From: Pseudotevenvirus miller
Taxonomy: Duplodnaviria; Heunggongvirae; Uroviricota; Caudoviricetes; Straboviridae
Direction: 5' to 3' (one strand)
Length of the DNA: 64,000 nucleotides
IMG/VR virus record: IMGVR_UViG_2706796139_000001
Coordinates: 50,895 to 114,894 of that record
The notes under the pieces were generated by a model, which did not search any database, was not told the DNA's origin, and saw only the letters and a list, made by a program, of their open reading frames with translations. Every line of letters starts with the position of its first letter. Within the stretch, counting starts at the first letter, position 1. A program made the translations under genes and the position numbers. This document shows, in pieces, positions 54,277-64,000 of the stretch.

Positions 54277-55067
54277 TGAAATCATTCAAAGAACTACTTT
54301 CTGAATCCACTCAGAACAAAAAATTTGCAAAGACCGTTGAACTGGTTGACCGTAATGGTGTTGCTCCATCAAAAGGCCAGATAGGTTTCCTTCATTTTGC
54401 ACACGGTGCTGATTACGATGTGTATGCGCCGGATTCTCATGACCTGGCTTACTTCGGTAAAGGCGTTGTTCGTCTGAAAGGGAAAACCACTGGTAAAACT
54501 CAGGCTGCATACGTTGACTGGGCTAAGGGTACGGTTTCCTTCTACAGCGGTGATCCTGCTGATGACCTGAAATTCGACAAACCGTTAAAATTCAAAGGTG
54601 CTTCCCTGTACAAAGAAGCCGAAGAAAATCTGGATCTGTACAATCAGTTAGCGGAAGATTTCGAAATCGAACTTCCGTTAGATGAATCACTGGTTAAGGG
54701 TGCTATTTACAAATTGCCAAGCAATGATATGCGCCTGATGTACACTGGGCGTTCAAAGACAAAAGCAACTGGTGAATACGCTGTCTTTACCGTTGTAGAT
54801 GCTTCTGGTAAGCCTCGTCTGGTTTCTGGTAAACGTTTTACCCAAGAATATAAAGGCGATATTCTGTCTAAGCTGGTTCTCGCTGAATCGGAAGACCTGA
54901 ATGAAGCGGCTAAAGACATTCGCGAAAAAGTTATTGCGGTGTTGGTGAAACGCGGGTTTAACGAAAAAGATGCAGAAAAGATGGTTGACAAAAACCTGAA
55001 AGATGCGATGAAAGTTAGACCTGGTGCGACCCCTGGCAAACTTGCAGAAATCGTGAGTACCCTGTAA
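54277..55067 (+). CDS. internal head protein (IP) with a T4-type capsid targeting sequence
   Basis: N-terminal MKSFKELLSE|STQ matches the T4 IP CTS MKTYQEFIAE, cleaved after LxE by the prohead protease. Lys-rich, 263 aa. Lies in the ipI-like neighbourhood (near genes 1, 2 and 3). AATAAATA lies upstream. Confidence 0.55.
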
Positions 55068-55071
55068 AAAT

Positions 55072-55104
55072 AAAGCCCCTTCCTTTCGGTTGGGGCTTTT
55101 TGTT
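55072..55104. terminator. bidirectional rho-independent terminator
   Basis: aaagccccttcctttcggttggggctttttgtt, the same hairpin as at 16911..16934. Confidence 0.6.
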
Positions 55105-55957
55105 AATATCTGTTCCAGACTTTTTTCGCAGAGAAAGGTTTCCCTTTCGATACAAACGCCTGTGTAGGCAACCAGACAGCTTTCGCCCAATCTTTCGGGG
55201 CAATTTCTGCAAGTGGTGATCGCAAATGGGCTGGTAGGTAGGCTTTGATCATTTGATCCGCACCTCGCATCCCTTTTACGTTGTTCCAGTTGATTTTCAA
55301 TCTGGTTTTGTTTGAAAGTCGATCCGTTGATCCGTAACCACGTTTCAAAAGTTCTTCTAAAAACTCCTGTCGTGCTTTCGGTGGCGCATAGTGCAAGTTC
55401 AGCCCATACAGAACCACGTTACCCGCTTTAGAACGTCCTGAACCCAGGAAGATGATTAGCGGGAACCGATCCCAGTATGGTAAGGTGTCTTTGTACTTCG
55501 CATCATACACGAACGTATACAGACGACCTGTTGCTGGTTTTGCTACTCTGTGCGTTTTAATACTGGTTTTGATGAAATCACCAAACCATTCAGTAGATTC
55601 TTTCTGACGTTTCGCAGCGGGAACACCAACTGTAATTTTCCGTAAACTATTTCGGAAATCGTTGATTATATCAACCGTGTGTTTTTTGCGATAGTCATTA
55701 CGCTTTCGTCGGGCTTCGGTTTCTGCTGTACGTCTTGCGATCTCGTCGTCGATCTGTTGCTTGTAACGGTGCATAGACTTCGTGAACGTCGCGTATGCAA
55801 TTCCGTTTTCGTCTGCGAATTTTTTGGCAGTCATGCCTTTTAATTTTGCGCGTCGGAATTTAATACCAAGTTCTACCCATTCACCCAACTTTCGCTTCGG
55901 TGGCGGTTTTGGCTTGTCTTCTTCTGCGATGATCTCGAACTCAAATATAAAACTCAT
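55103..55957 (-). CDS. 2: gp2-like DNA end-protector protein
   Basis: 284 aa basic protein (T4 gp2 is 274 aa), downstream of the gp4-like gene on the minus strand, as in T4. Confidence 0.45.
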   Translation of the reverse strand: MSFIFEFEIIAEEDKPKPPPKRKLGEWVELGIKFRRAKLKGMTAKKFADENGIAYATFTKSMHRYKQQIDDEIARRTAETEARRKRNDYRKKHTVDIINDFRNSLRKITVGVPAAKRQKESTEWFGDFIKTSIKTHRVAKPATGRLYTFVYDAKYKDTLPYWDRFPLIIFLGSGRSKAGNVVLYGLNLHYAPPKARQEFLEELLKRGYGSTDRLSNKTRLKINWNNVKGMRGADQMIKAYLPAHLRSPLAEIAPKDWAKAVWLPTQAFVSKGKPFSAKKVWNRY

Positions 55958-55978
55958 AATTCCCTCCGTTTAGGGTAT

Positions 55979-56446
55979 TTATTGCCCTTTCCATCCGAAT
56001 ACACGTTTCAACGTATCTTCTGTGATGATCTTGAACTCCCAGCCTTTTTGTTTTGCTGCTGCATTCGCGGCTTTCCATTTGTCTATGTTTACTGCATAAG
56101 TATACAGTGCATCAACAAATTTCTTTTTGTTGTGAACGTTGTTGTTCGCTGGCTTAGGTGGGGGCAATGTTTCTTTCATCGGTTTGACTTCCCATAGGTA
56201 GGTCACACCGTTATCCATCTCAACATAAAAATCCATGAAGTAACGCCGTCTTTTACCGTCTGCGTTGCTGAAATAAGGTATCACAACCTCTTCACTGTTC
56301 CAGCGTTTCACATGCGGATTCCTGTCAAGCCAGTTCATTATATATTTTTCCCAGCTTGACCGATACGTTATCTTTCGAGGATCGCCTTTATATTTTGTTA
56401 TGTTCTGGGGCATAAAAGACCCCTTGTACGTCTGTCTTCCAGCCAT
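55979..56446 (-). CDS. 4: head completion protein gp4-like
   Basis: 155 aa (T4 gp4 is 150 aa). Position adjacent to gp2 and gp53. Confidence 0.45.
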   Translation of the reverse strand: MAGRQTYKGSFMPQNITKYKGDPRKITYRSSWEKYIMNWLDRNPHVKRWNSEEVVIPYFSNADGKRRRYFMDFYVEMDNGVTYLWEVKPMKETLPPPKPANNNVHNKKKFVDALYTYAVNIDKWKAANAAAKQKGWEFKIITEDTLKRVFGWKGQ

Positions 56447-56490
56447 TATAGATCCTAAATATAGTAAACATTAGATAGGGGAAATTACAA

Positions 56491-57045
56491 ATGTTATTCT
56501 CGTTCTTTCCACCAGTTGATTACAAAGGCACACCGACTACTGATATTTTTCGGGATTATCGTTTTTACTTTAATCGCGTTATCAGAAATTATAAGCCACG
56601 TACTTATCAACTGACCGGATCACTAAGACCCGAACAATTAGCTGAAACGCTATACGGAAACCAACAATATTATTGGGTTATCCTGATGCTCAATGATAAC
56701 TATGACCCGTTTTACGGATGGATTACAGATCAGGAAACCGCTTATCAATGCGCGGTGCAGCGTTATTCAAAAGTAGGTGGTGAACAGGTTCTTTATCATA
56801 TGGATGGGAAAAACAACCGATATTACAATCTGGTTGAAGATCCTAACAACCCTGGTCATTGGTATGACAAAGGTGATAAAGATATGCGGTATTTGCAATA
56901 TCAAGGAACATTAGTCCCTATTGATATTTATGAAGATGCAGTGTTGAAAAATGAATCAATGCGAACCATCAAAATTATTAACCCTTCGGATATTCAATCG
57001 TTTGTAAGCGATTATATCAAGGAAATGGAAAAGGCAAACACATGA
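56491..57045 (+). CDS. 53: baseplate wedge protein gp53
   Basis: N-terminal MLFSFFPPVDYKG matches T4 gp53 MLFTFFDPIEY. 184 aa, upstream of gp5. Confidence 0.7.
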   Translation: MLFSFFPPVDYKGTPTTDIFRDYRFYFNRVIRNYKPRTYQLTGSLRPEQLAETLYGNQQYYWVILMLNDNYDPFYGWITDQETAYQCAVQRYSKVGGEQVLYHMDGKNNRYYNLVEDPNNPGHWYDKGDKDMRYLQYQGTLVPIDIYEDAVLKNESMRTIKIINPSDIQSFVSDYIKEMEKANT

Positions 57046-58802
57046 GATACGGTGGAAACCCATATTCCCCTTACTTCGAAGGGGTGGTCGAAAACGTCGA
57101 TGATCCTCGTTATCTGGGGCGCGTACAGGTACGTGTGTTCGGTGAACATCCGGCGCAAAAACAAAAATCTGAAACTATCGGTATTCCTGTTGAAGAATTG
57201 CCGTGGATGATCCCTATCCAGGACATCACTAGCGCTGCTGTATCGGGTGTGGGTTTCTCTCCTACTGGTATTGTAAGGGGTTCATTCGTATTCGGCGTAT
57301 GGCGCGATAAATGGCATCAGGACGGGCTTATACTGGGAACCTTTGCAGGACAGTACACCGAAAAACCAGACACACAGAAAGGCTTCTGTGACCCTCTGGG
57401 TGAATATCCTCGCTATGTGGGTAATGATGTCAACGTTCTGGCTCGCGGTGGTTTAGAGGGTAAAGGTTCGTCAAGCGTTATCATTCGTAACACAAACAGT
57501 TCAATTGCAGTAAATCCAGACGATCGACCTCTTGACGATATACCGGAAGATAACCGACCGGATACTGGGGGCTTTACAATTGAAACAATGCTCAAACAGG
57601 ATGAAGGTATTCGCACACGCTGGTATATTGACAGTGAAGGATATCCGACTATCGGGATCGGACATTTGCTTATCATGGAGAAAACCCGTGATACGGCTAA
57701 GATTAACGCAGCAATCAGTAATGCGGTTGGTCGAGAAGTAACCAATGGAACAATAACAGCAGAAGAAGTATCAACTCTGTTTGCTCAGGATCTGGCGAAA
57801 GTTCGTCAGGGTATTTCGAATACACCAAGTGTTCGTGAAGTCTATGTTGATTTAAACCGTCCTCGTCAAATGGCTATTGAAAATATGTGCTTTCAGATGG
57901 GCGTTGGCGGTGTTGCCAAATTCCGTAATGCTCTTGCAGCAATGAAAGCGAAAGATTGGCAAACCGCGTATAATGAATTGCGTAATTCAACATGGGCTAA
58001 TCAAACTCCTGGGCGTTCTTCTCGTGTGTCTAAAATTGTTCTGGTGGGTAACTTAGAATCATATGGTGTTCAGGTTCCAGATCCAGAAGGGCGTAGTTTA
58101 AGTGCTGCATATAATCCGGTATTACTCGCAGCAAGCAACCCAGAAGATCCTTTTGTTCCTGGTGATACCCGCGTTATGTTTGAAGAACCAAAGTCTTCGT
58201 ATAATGCTGAATATCCTTACAACATGGTATTTGAATCACGTTCAGGCCATATTCAGGAATTCGACGATACGCCAGGCTATGAACGATATAACCGAGTACA
58301 TCCAGCAGGGTCATACGAAGAAATTCGTCCTGATGGAACCCGTGTTGTTAAAATCGTTGGTGATGATTATCTGATTGTTCAACAGGGAAGAAAGGTAAAC
58401 ATCAAAGGTAATTTGCAAGTAGTGATCGAAGGTGACGCGTTCATTTACAATATGGGTAACGTCCAACAAACTGTTGATGGTAATGTGACCGAGTTCGTGC
58501 GCGGGAACGTAAACCAGACTGTTGAGGGTGAATATGTGGGGCGCATTAAAGGCAACGCAGAATTAACTGTCGAAAAAGATGCTACCGTAAACGTTGATCA
58601 AAATTTAATGGCTAACGTGAAACAAAACGCAACTGTTAATGTCACCGAAGATGCACTCGTTACTGCGAAAAATGCAATGATGGATATAGAGCAAGATTTC
58701 GATGTTAACGCAGAAAATATCACGATGATTGCGCGACAAAATACACTAATCGATTCCGGTTCTCTGACTAAGATTACTGGCGGGACAGTCCAGGTAGGTT
58801 AA
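57042..58802 (+). CDS. 5: baseplate central hub / tail lysozyme gp5
   Basis: An N-terminal OB-like region, a T4 lysozyme-family domain (EGYPTIGIGHLL...NMCFQMGVGGVAKF...WANQTPGRSSRV) and a C-terminal VxVxxN beta-helix repeat. 586 aa. Confidence 0.9.
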   Translation: MRYGGNPYSPYFEGVVENVDDPRYLGRVQVRVFGEHPAQKQKSETIGIPVEELPWMIPIQDITSAAVSGVGFSPTGIVRGSFVFGVWRDKWHQDGLILGTFAGQYTEKPDTQKGFCDPLGEYPRYVGNDVNVLARGGLEGKGSSSVIIRNTNSSIAVNPDDRPLDDIPEDNRPDTGGFTIETMLKQDEGIRTRWYIDSEGYPTIGIGHLLIMEKTRDTAKINAAISNAVGREVTNGTITAEEVSTLFAQDLAKVRQGISNTPSVREVYVDLNRPRQMAIENMCFQMGVGGVAKFRNALAAMKAKDWQTAYNELRNSTWANQTPGRSSRVSKIVLVGNLESYGVQVPDPEGRSLSAAYNPVLLAASNPEDPFVPGDTRVMFEEPKSSYNAEYPYNMVFESRSGHIQEFDDTPGYERYNRVHPAGSYEEIRPDGTRVVKIVGDDYLIVQQGRKVNIKGNLQVVIEGDAFIYNMGNVQQTVDGNVTEFVRGNVNQTVEGEYVGRIKGNAELTVEKDATVNVDQNLMANVKQNATVNVTEDALVTAKNAMMDIEQDFDVNAENITMIARQNTLIDSGSLTKITGGTVQVG

Positions 58803-58804
58803 TA

Positions 58805-60877
58805 ATGATCATGGATTATGAATCCATCATTGATGGAATTATGCAAGATTTTCAGCATCCGTGTGATGCTGAAATACCTGCTGGATCGTACAGACGTATT
58901 ATCTGGCAGGGACATACAGAAGACTACCCCGCTGTCGGGGTAGAATGGGATACTGAAATAATTCCGATCGGGGCGCATCTTTACACACAATCCCCTTTCG
59001 GACAGAAAAGCGATCCGCTTCCGGTAGTTAACTCCCCTGGAACCGATCCAGGAACTGGGGAAGCAACTGGGATTCTGGTAGAAAAGATAGGTTATTATTT
59101 CGCCACACAACAGGAGATTGATGACTATATCACTTCTATCGGGGCAACAAAACTAACTGGTAATGATTGGTACGGCGCGGATCTGACAAAAGCAAACCTG
59201 TATAAAAACCCTGGGGAACTCGCGATGTATAAGGTCGAGAACTCTGGAGGTTATTTGCTTACTTCTGGCCCACGTTGCGATCAACGCATCAGACAGGCAT
59301 ATAATGAGGACACAGGCGCGTTTACAAGCATTGATTACTATTGGAATGGCAATCGTATTGCCTACATGAAACACGACGACACAGGGGCGCACAATTGCAA
59401 ATACGTGGGTATGGTGGTTAACACCAACGCAGATACAAGCATACCTCCGATCCCTCCGGCTATGCCGTCAATATACGGGGCTTTGCCTAGCGAAATCTCT
59501 ATGATGCGATCCGGTTTGGGTTGTGTTCCTGCAACAGTAGGATTTGCCTATACAAACATCAGCGATGCGATGCTTTCTGCATGGAACGAAACACGCAAAT
59601 CATTCAAACTGGTATTTGATATGTTATCCGGTATCACAAAAACGGGTTCCGGTGGTATATCGACGATGTATGATGGTTTGTGTATTGCTATGGAAGAAAT
59701 CACAGCGGGTGCGCTGGCGCTGTCACAACAGGCATGGCAAGCCGCGATAAAGGTATTCAAAGATATTATGTCTTCTGCGCTGAACATCGTAGGCGGTGCA
59801 TGGAACATGATAATGAGTTTTTTACCGACTGTTACAATTCTGGGTGTTTCTATAAACATCTATGATCTGATTTTCGGTGATAACTCCGTACAGACTTTGA
59901 AGGATTCGTTTCAGGCGATCATTGATGCGGGTACAGAAACCTATGAGAACGTCATAAACGCAATATACAGCGCTATAGGCAGCGCATACAATTATACCGT
60001 GGAATATGTCAAGGCTGGCGCTCGCGACCTTGTAGACGCTTGCAGCACGTTATTTGATTGGTGTATTACGATGTTCCAGAATGGTTGTGTTGCTCTGGTG
60101 GATCTGTACGGACGGATAATGCAAATTTGGGCTATGCCTCCAACGGTTCCAAACCCGTTATGGGCTGCTGTGTTGGCTATCCGTAACATTATGATGCAAA
60201 TTAAACCACTTGATGTAATTCTGGGAGGAAATTTCCCTGGGTTTACGGCAATGGATTTGTACCAAATGGCACAGGAGAAAGTAAAAGAGTTTATTGATCA
60301 GTCATATGCACAGATTCGTGTGTATTATGATCAGGTTAAGGATCTTTATAACACATTGACTTCCCAGACACAAGAAAGGGATTCGATCAAACGTAAGTTC
60401 GAACAGTACCTTAACTGGATGTGGGGCGCTGTTACCGAAGAAGCAACTGCTGCATATCAGGCTGCATTAGATGCGGCAAACGCTGCAATTGATCAGACAA
60501 AAGCAATGATTGCGAGTGTTAAAGCACAGATAGCCTCTCTGCAAGACGCAATGAAAGATACTTACAGCCTGGCGATGGAAGAACTTAAAAAACTTCCTCT
60601 GATGCAACAGATTAATGAATTCTTAGGGTTCTGCGGTATCGCTTTTGATGATCTGCTGAAAACTTATGATAACGCGGTTACTGGTGCAAAATCTTTATAT
60701 AAAAACTTTGTTGATAGTTCCCGTTCGTTCAAGGACACATGCAAAGTCATATATAACCAGATATGCACACTTGCTCTAAGTAAGGTGACTCAATACGTGA
60801 ATAAACTGTTGTCTCTAATCGGACTCGCGATCACTTTTGCATCAATCAATATTTGCGTTCCGATGATCCAACTATAA
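58805..60877 (+). CDS. large unknown protein (690 aa) between gp5 and gp6; Gly/Pro-rich N-terminal domain, Ala-rich helical and hydrophobic C-terminal region
   Basis: Lies in the slot where T4 has the small 5.1/5.3/5.4 (PAAR spike tip) genes. Hydrophobic segments TVTILGVSINIYDLIF and LIGLAITFASINICVPMIQL. No PAAR motif recognised. Confidence 0.6.
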   Translation: MIMDYESIIDGIMQDFQHPCDAEIPAGSYRRIIWQGHTEDYPAVGVEWDTEIIPIGAHLYTQSPFGQKSDPLPVVNSPGTDPGTGEATGILVEKIGYYFATQQEIDDYITSIGATKLTGNDWYGADLTKANLYKNPGELAMYKVENSGGYLLTSGPRCDQRIRQAYNEDTGAFTSIDYYWNGNRIAYMKHDDTGAHNCKYVGMVVNTNADTSIPPIPPAMPSIYGALPSEISMMRSGLGCVPATVGFAYTNISDAMLSAWNETRKSFKLVFDMLSGITKTGSGGISTMYDGLCIAMEEITAGALALSQQAWQAAIKVFKDIMSSALNIVGGAWNMIMSFLPTVTILGVSINIYDLIFGDNSVQTLKDSFQAIIDAGTETYENVINAIYSAIGSAYNYTVEYVKAGARDLVDACSTLFDWCITMFQNGCVALVDLYGRIMQIWAMPPTVPNPLWAAVLAIRNIMMQIKPLDVILGGNFPGFTAMDLYQMAQEKVKEFIDQSYAQIRVYYDQVKDLYNTLTSQTQERDSIKRKFEQYLNWMWGAVTEEATAAYQAALDAANAAIDQTKAMIASVKAQIASLQDAMKDTYSLAMEELKKLPLMQQINEFLGFCGIAFDDLLKTYDNAVTGAKSLYKNFVDSSRSFKDTCKVIYNQICTLALSKVTQYVNKLLSLIGLAITFASINICVPMIQL

Positions 60878-60900
60878 ATACCCGATAAAGAGGGGTAATA

Positions 60901-62814
60901 ATGGCTACCGTAAAGAAACAAATTAATCAGATCCCCGATATTTTTGTCGGGGCTACTTTTGATGAAATCAAATCCGATTTAATTAACTGGCTTCGAGGTC
61001 AGGAAGAATTCAAAGATTATGATTTCTCCGGCTCGCGTATGAACGTTCTTGTTGACCTGTTGTCTTACGCGACTTTGTATATTCAACAAATGGGTAACAG
61101 TGCTCTATTTGAATCGTTTATTCGAACTGCGGCGCTTCGTAGTTCTGTTGTGCAACATGCTCAGGATTTCGGATATATGCCGGATTCCCGAACCGCTGCA
61201 AACACTTCGATCATGATTACTGCAAAGAACCCACTAAACCCGACATCCATTCGTATTCCTCGCGGTACGAAGTTTATCGGTACGGTAAAAGATACAAACA
61301 GCTTCCCGTTCGTCGTGTCTGATGACGTGGTAATCGTCCGTGATACGAACAACAACTATGTGTCGATGCTGAACATCGTTCAAGGTCGTTTGGTTCGTAC
61401 AGAAGTAATCTATGATGGTTCTACCATTTTGATTCGTGATCCGAATATTGACCGTAGTCAGGTTCGTGTTACGATTAACGGCGCACAGTGGGACGATTGG
61501 ACAAACGAGAGTATCGTTAACGCAACGGGCGCAAGTACCATATTCTACATGCGCGAAACTGTAGACGGACACACTGAGGTTTATTTTGGTGAAGGTGAAA
61601 CAAGTCAACAGGTAGCGGGTGGTGCTCTTACTGCTGACTACATCGGGGGCTTAAAACCTGCAAACGGTTCTGTCGTTGTTATTGAATACATTTCAACCAA
61701 CGGCGAAGAAGCAAACGGTGCGGAAAACTTTGTTTACGTGGATACGTTGACAAACATCAGCATTACCAGTATTGTAGAGAACCCGACCAACTCCGCTGAT
61801 TACGTTGGCGCTGATGGTGGTGGTGAACCAGAAAACATTGAACGTATTCGAGAGTTAGCACCGATCATGCGCGAAACGCAGCGTCGTTGTGTTACTGCAT
61901 CGGATTATGAATCATTCCTGTCGCATCGCTTCGGTTCGGTGATTCAGGCGGTTCAGTGCTTTACTGATAGCGAAAAACCTGGATATGCGTTCATTGCGGT
62001 TAAACCGAAGTCAGGGTTGCGCCTAACCTCTGTACAGAAAGAGGATATGCAAAACTATCTGGCTAAGTACAACCTTGCGACGATCACACCGTCGATTCTC
62101 GACCCTAACTATCTGTATATCGTACAAAGTATCAAAGTAACGTATGATATCAGTAAGTTGATTGAGTCTGAGGAATGGCTTCGTGGTCAGGTTATCAATG
62201 AAATCGACAAATACTATACAGATAACGTTGAAATTTTCAACAAATCTTTCAGTAAATCGAAAATGTTGACTTATGTCGATAACGCTGATGTGTCAATCAT
62301 TGGTTCCTCTGCAACAATCAGTCTGTTGCGTGAACTGGACAACTATTACAGTGCGCCGATGTCTGGTATTCACTTCTTAAACCAGGTTGCATCAAGATCT
62401 GTTGTCTCCAACGGGTTCAAGTATACCAATGCGGATAATGATTCATATGATGTTCGATATGCGTCAACCGATATGGATACGACGACCGGACGTGCTAAGA
62501 TTGTAATTGGCCCGTTTAAGGATGGTGATATTTCAATAACTCCGTATGCTGGGGATGATTTTGATAAATACCCAGGGGTGACGGACAGAACGAAATATTA
62601 TGAGGTTGGTTATATTGAACACTATAGCGACTTCATCAGCTTCGATCTGGGTGTTCTTAACGTACCGTCAGAACGCTTTAGCGCTGCATATATCGAACTG
62701 ACTGCTAAACCGTTAGAGGAAACTATCTTTACTCGTGATGGTTCTCTGATTGTGTTTGAAAATGACTTACGTCCTCAGTATACCACTCTGACGATGAATC
62801 CAATCAGTCAATAA
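60901..62814 (+). CDS. 6: baseplate wedge protein gp6
   Basis: Near-collinear with T4 gp6 (IFVGATFDEIK..., CVTASDYESF..., FTRDGSLIVFENDLRPQY). 637 aa. Confidence 0.9.
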   Translation: MATVKKQINQIPDIFVGATFDEIKSDLINWLRGQEEFKDYDFSGSRMNVLVDLLSYATLYIQQMGNSALFESFIRTAALRSSVVQHAQDFGYMPDSRTAANTSIMITAKNPLNPTSIRIPRGTKFIGTVKDTNSFPFVVSDDVVIVRDTNNNYVSMLNIVQGRLVRTEVIYDGSTILIRDPNIDRSQVRVTINGAQWDDWTNESIVNATGASTIFYMRETVDGHTEVYFGEGETSQQVAGGALTADYIGGLKPANGSVVVIEYISTNGEEANGAENFVYVDTLTNISITSIVENPTNSADYVGADGGGEPENIERIRELAPIMRETQRRCVTASDYESFLSHRFGSVIQAVQCFTDSEKPGYAFIAVKPKSGLRLTSVQKEDMQNYLAKYNLATITPSILDPNYLYIVQSIKVTYDISKLIESEEWLRGQVINEIDKYYTDNVEIFNKSFSKSKMLTYVDNADVSIIGSSATISLLRELDNYYSAPMSGIHFLNQVASRSVVSNGFKYTNADNDSYDVRYASTDMDTTTGRAKIVIGPFKDGDISITPYAGDDFDKYPGVTDRTKYYEVGYIEHYSDFISFDLGVLNVPSERFSAAYIELTAKPLEETIFTRDGSLIVFENDLRPQYTTLTMNPISQ

Positions 62815-62818
62815 TTTT

Positions 62819-62847
62819 AAACCCCTGTCTTATGGCAGGGGTTTTTT
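62819..62847 (+). terminator. rho-independent terminator
   Basis: aaacccctgtcTTATggcaggggtttttt. Confidence 0.55.
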
Positions 62848-62893
62848 GTTTGCTAAATATGGGATATAAGTAACGCAAATTTGGAGAAACATA

Positions 62894-64000
62894 ATGATTA
62901 AAGCGCCATCAATTACCAGTTTGCGCGTTGATAAACTGGCTGCTAACTTCGTTTATTTGAAGTGGGATAGCGTCGGCATGGATTTTTACTATGTCGTAGA
63001 AATGGCTGAAACTCGCGGCGCGGGTGGTGCAGTGATTCCAGATGCGGATTTAACATGGTTTCAGTTAGGCTATGCGTATGTGAACGAATGGTTCTCTACG
63101 GATGTGCAGCCTGATAGCTTCTATAAATTCCGTATTAAGGTTACGCATCAGGGCTTTGAACCGTCTGATTGGGTTTACAGTGATGAACTCTGGACGTTCA
63201 ACCTCAACGCCTATACATATTCAACCATGCGCGAATTTACACCAAGTGACGCATTTATAAACGAAAAATTCGCAAAAAATAATCAGAACTATGTGAATTT
63301 TAACAACGATGTTATTATGGCAGCGCTGATGAAAGAAGACTTTGTTTTCTCTCCGCTGTATACGGACGTATCCCAGATCAGTGATAAAATTCTCACACAG
63401 GAAAACTATCACGAGATCCAGGATCATATTGAACACGTTTGTAATGACATTAACAGAACTTTTCTGGTTGCGTCAAACGGTTTGTTATACCTGTTTGAAC
63501 GTTTTCAGAACATGGCTAAGGTATCAAATGATAAGGGGCAAACATGGCATTACTACAAGGCGTTTAACGACCGCGTAGGAAACCCTGTATCGCGTTCTGT
63601 CGCGTACCAAAGCACAAACACAACATATGTACTGGGTTACGACCGGATCTTCTACGGGCGCACCTCAACGGATATTCGCTGGTCTGCTGACGATGTGCGA
63701 TTCTCTGCTGACGATATCACCTTTGCAAAACTGGGGAACCAGACAGGGTTAGATTTTGATGTTGACTCATACAATACCTTTGCAAAACTTCCTGGTGATG
63801 TATCGAAATATGCAGAAGCAATGGCATGTTCCGACGATTGGCTTTATGTTGCAGCGAAAAACATAGTTCGTCGTATTGCTCTGAAACAAACACCGATCGA
63901 CACCGATCCGAGTTCTCCAACTTTTGGGGAAAAGATTTTCGACGAAACAAGCTATACCATTGTTCCAGGCAATGATAAAATTGTTGTTAAGAAAATGGAT
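62894..64000 (+). CDS. 7: baseplate wedge protein gp7-like, 3' end outside window
   Basis: ATG 62894 with a GGAG RBS. The frame stays open to the window end (369 codons). Follows gp6 as in T4. Confidence 0.6.
   Translation, partial: MIKAPSITSLRVDKLAANFVYLKWDSVGMDFYYVVEMAETRGAGGAVIPDADLTWFQLGYAYVNEWFSTDVQPDSFYKFRIKVTHQGFEPSDWVYSDELWTFNLNAYTYSTMREFTPSDAFINEKFAKNNQNYVNFNNDVIMAALMKEDFVFSPLYTDVSQISDKILTQENYHEIQDHIEHVCNDINRTFLVASNGLLYLFERFQNMAKVSNDKGQTWHYYKAFNDRVGNPVSRSVAYQSTNTTYVLGYDRIFYGRTSTDIRWSADDVRFSADDITFAKLGNQTGLDFDVDSYNTFAKLPGDVSKYAEAMACSDDWLYVAAKNIVRRIALKQTPIDTDPSSPTFGEKIFDETSYTIVPGNDKIVVKKMD

Noticed and set aside
1-64000. Transposase, integrase or homing endonuclease (HNH/GIY-YIG) mobile elements and group I introns
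   Set aside because: No ORF showed recognisable transposase, integrase, HNH or GIY-YIG motifs. No interrupted conserved gene was seen.

Overview
This 64 kb window reads as a segment of a T4-like (Tevenvirinae-type) myovirus genome, probably from an enterobacterial host. The host call rests on a GrcA-like glycyl-radical protein, a Dcm-type MTase and an E. coli Tdk-like thymidine kinase. Gene order on the + strand runs from gene 31 (5' end truncated by the window edge), an rIII-like gene, a tRNA-Met(CAU) and a block of small 30.x-type early ORFs (including a GrcA/T4-Y06I-like glycyl radical cofactor, a NADAR protein and a HAD nucleotidase) to DNA ligase gp30. Three small ORFs follow, each behind a repeated terminator-hairpin plus early-promoter cassette resembling the published PeSL elements. 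Next comes a baseplate-hub module: gp27 on the - strand, then gp28, gp29, gp48, gp54, two unassigned proteins and gp25 on the + strand. A roughly 36 kb minus-strand hyperplastic early region follows (16.9 to 53.5 kb) with about 80 ORFs. Its recognisable members are a 739 aa vWA-domain protein flanked by two paralogs that share an identical N-terminal 16 aa; a C5-cytosine MTase; a pol-beta-type nucleotidyltransferase; a NatV-like NMNAT-Nudix protein; an SPFH/band-7 protein followed by a 32 aa hydrophobic peptide; rI antiholin and thymidine kinase in T4 synteny; a macro-domain protein; a secreted lytic transglycosylase; PIN-PhoH; a peptidase M15 endolysin candidate; a radical-SAM protein with a noncanonical Cx7Cx2C motif and a Cys-rich C-terminus; a standalone DUF262 protein; a Nudix hydrolase; a 2H phosphoesterase in the gp57B/Acb1 position; and dNMP kinase gp1. 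The window ends with a gp3-like gene, an opposite-strand internal head protein carrying a T4-type capsid-targeting sequence, gp2 and gp4 on the - strand, and the baseplate wedge/hub genes 53, 5, an unexplained 690 aa protein, 6 and 7 (3' end truncated) on the + strand. No CRISPR array, transposase or homing endonuclease was recognised. All coordinates come from manual reading and may be off by 1-3 nt.
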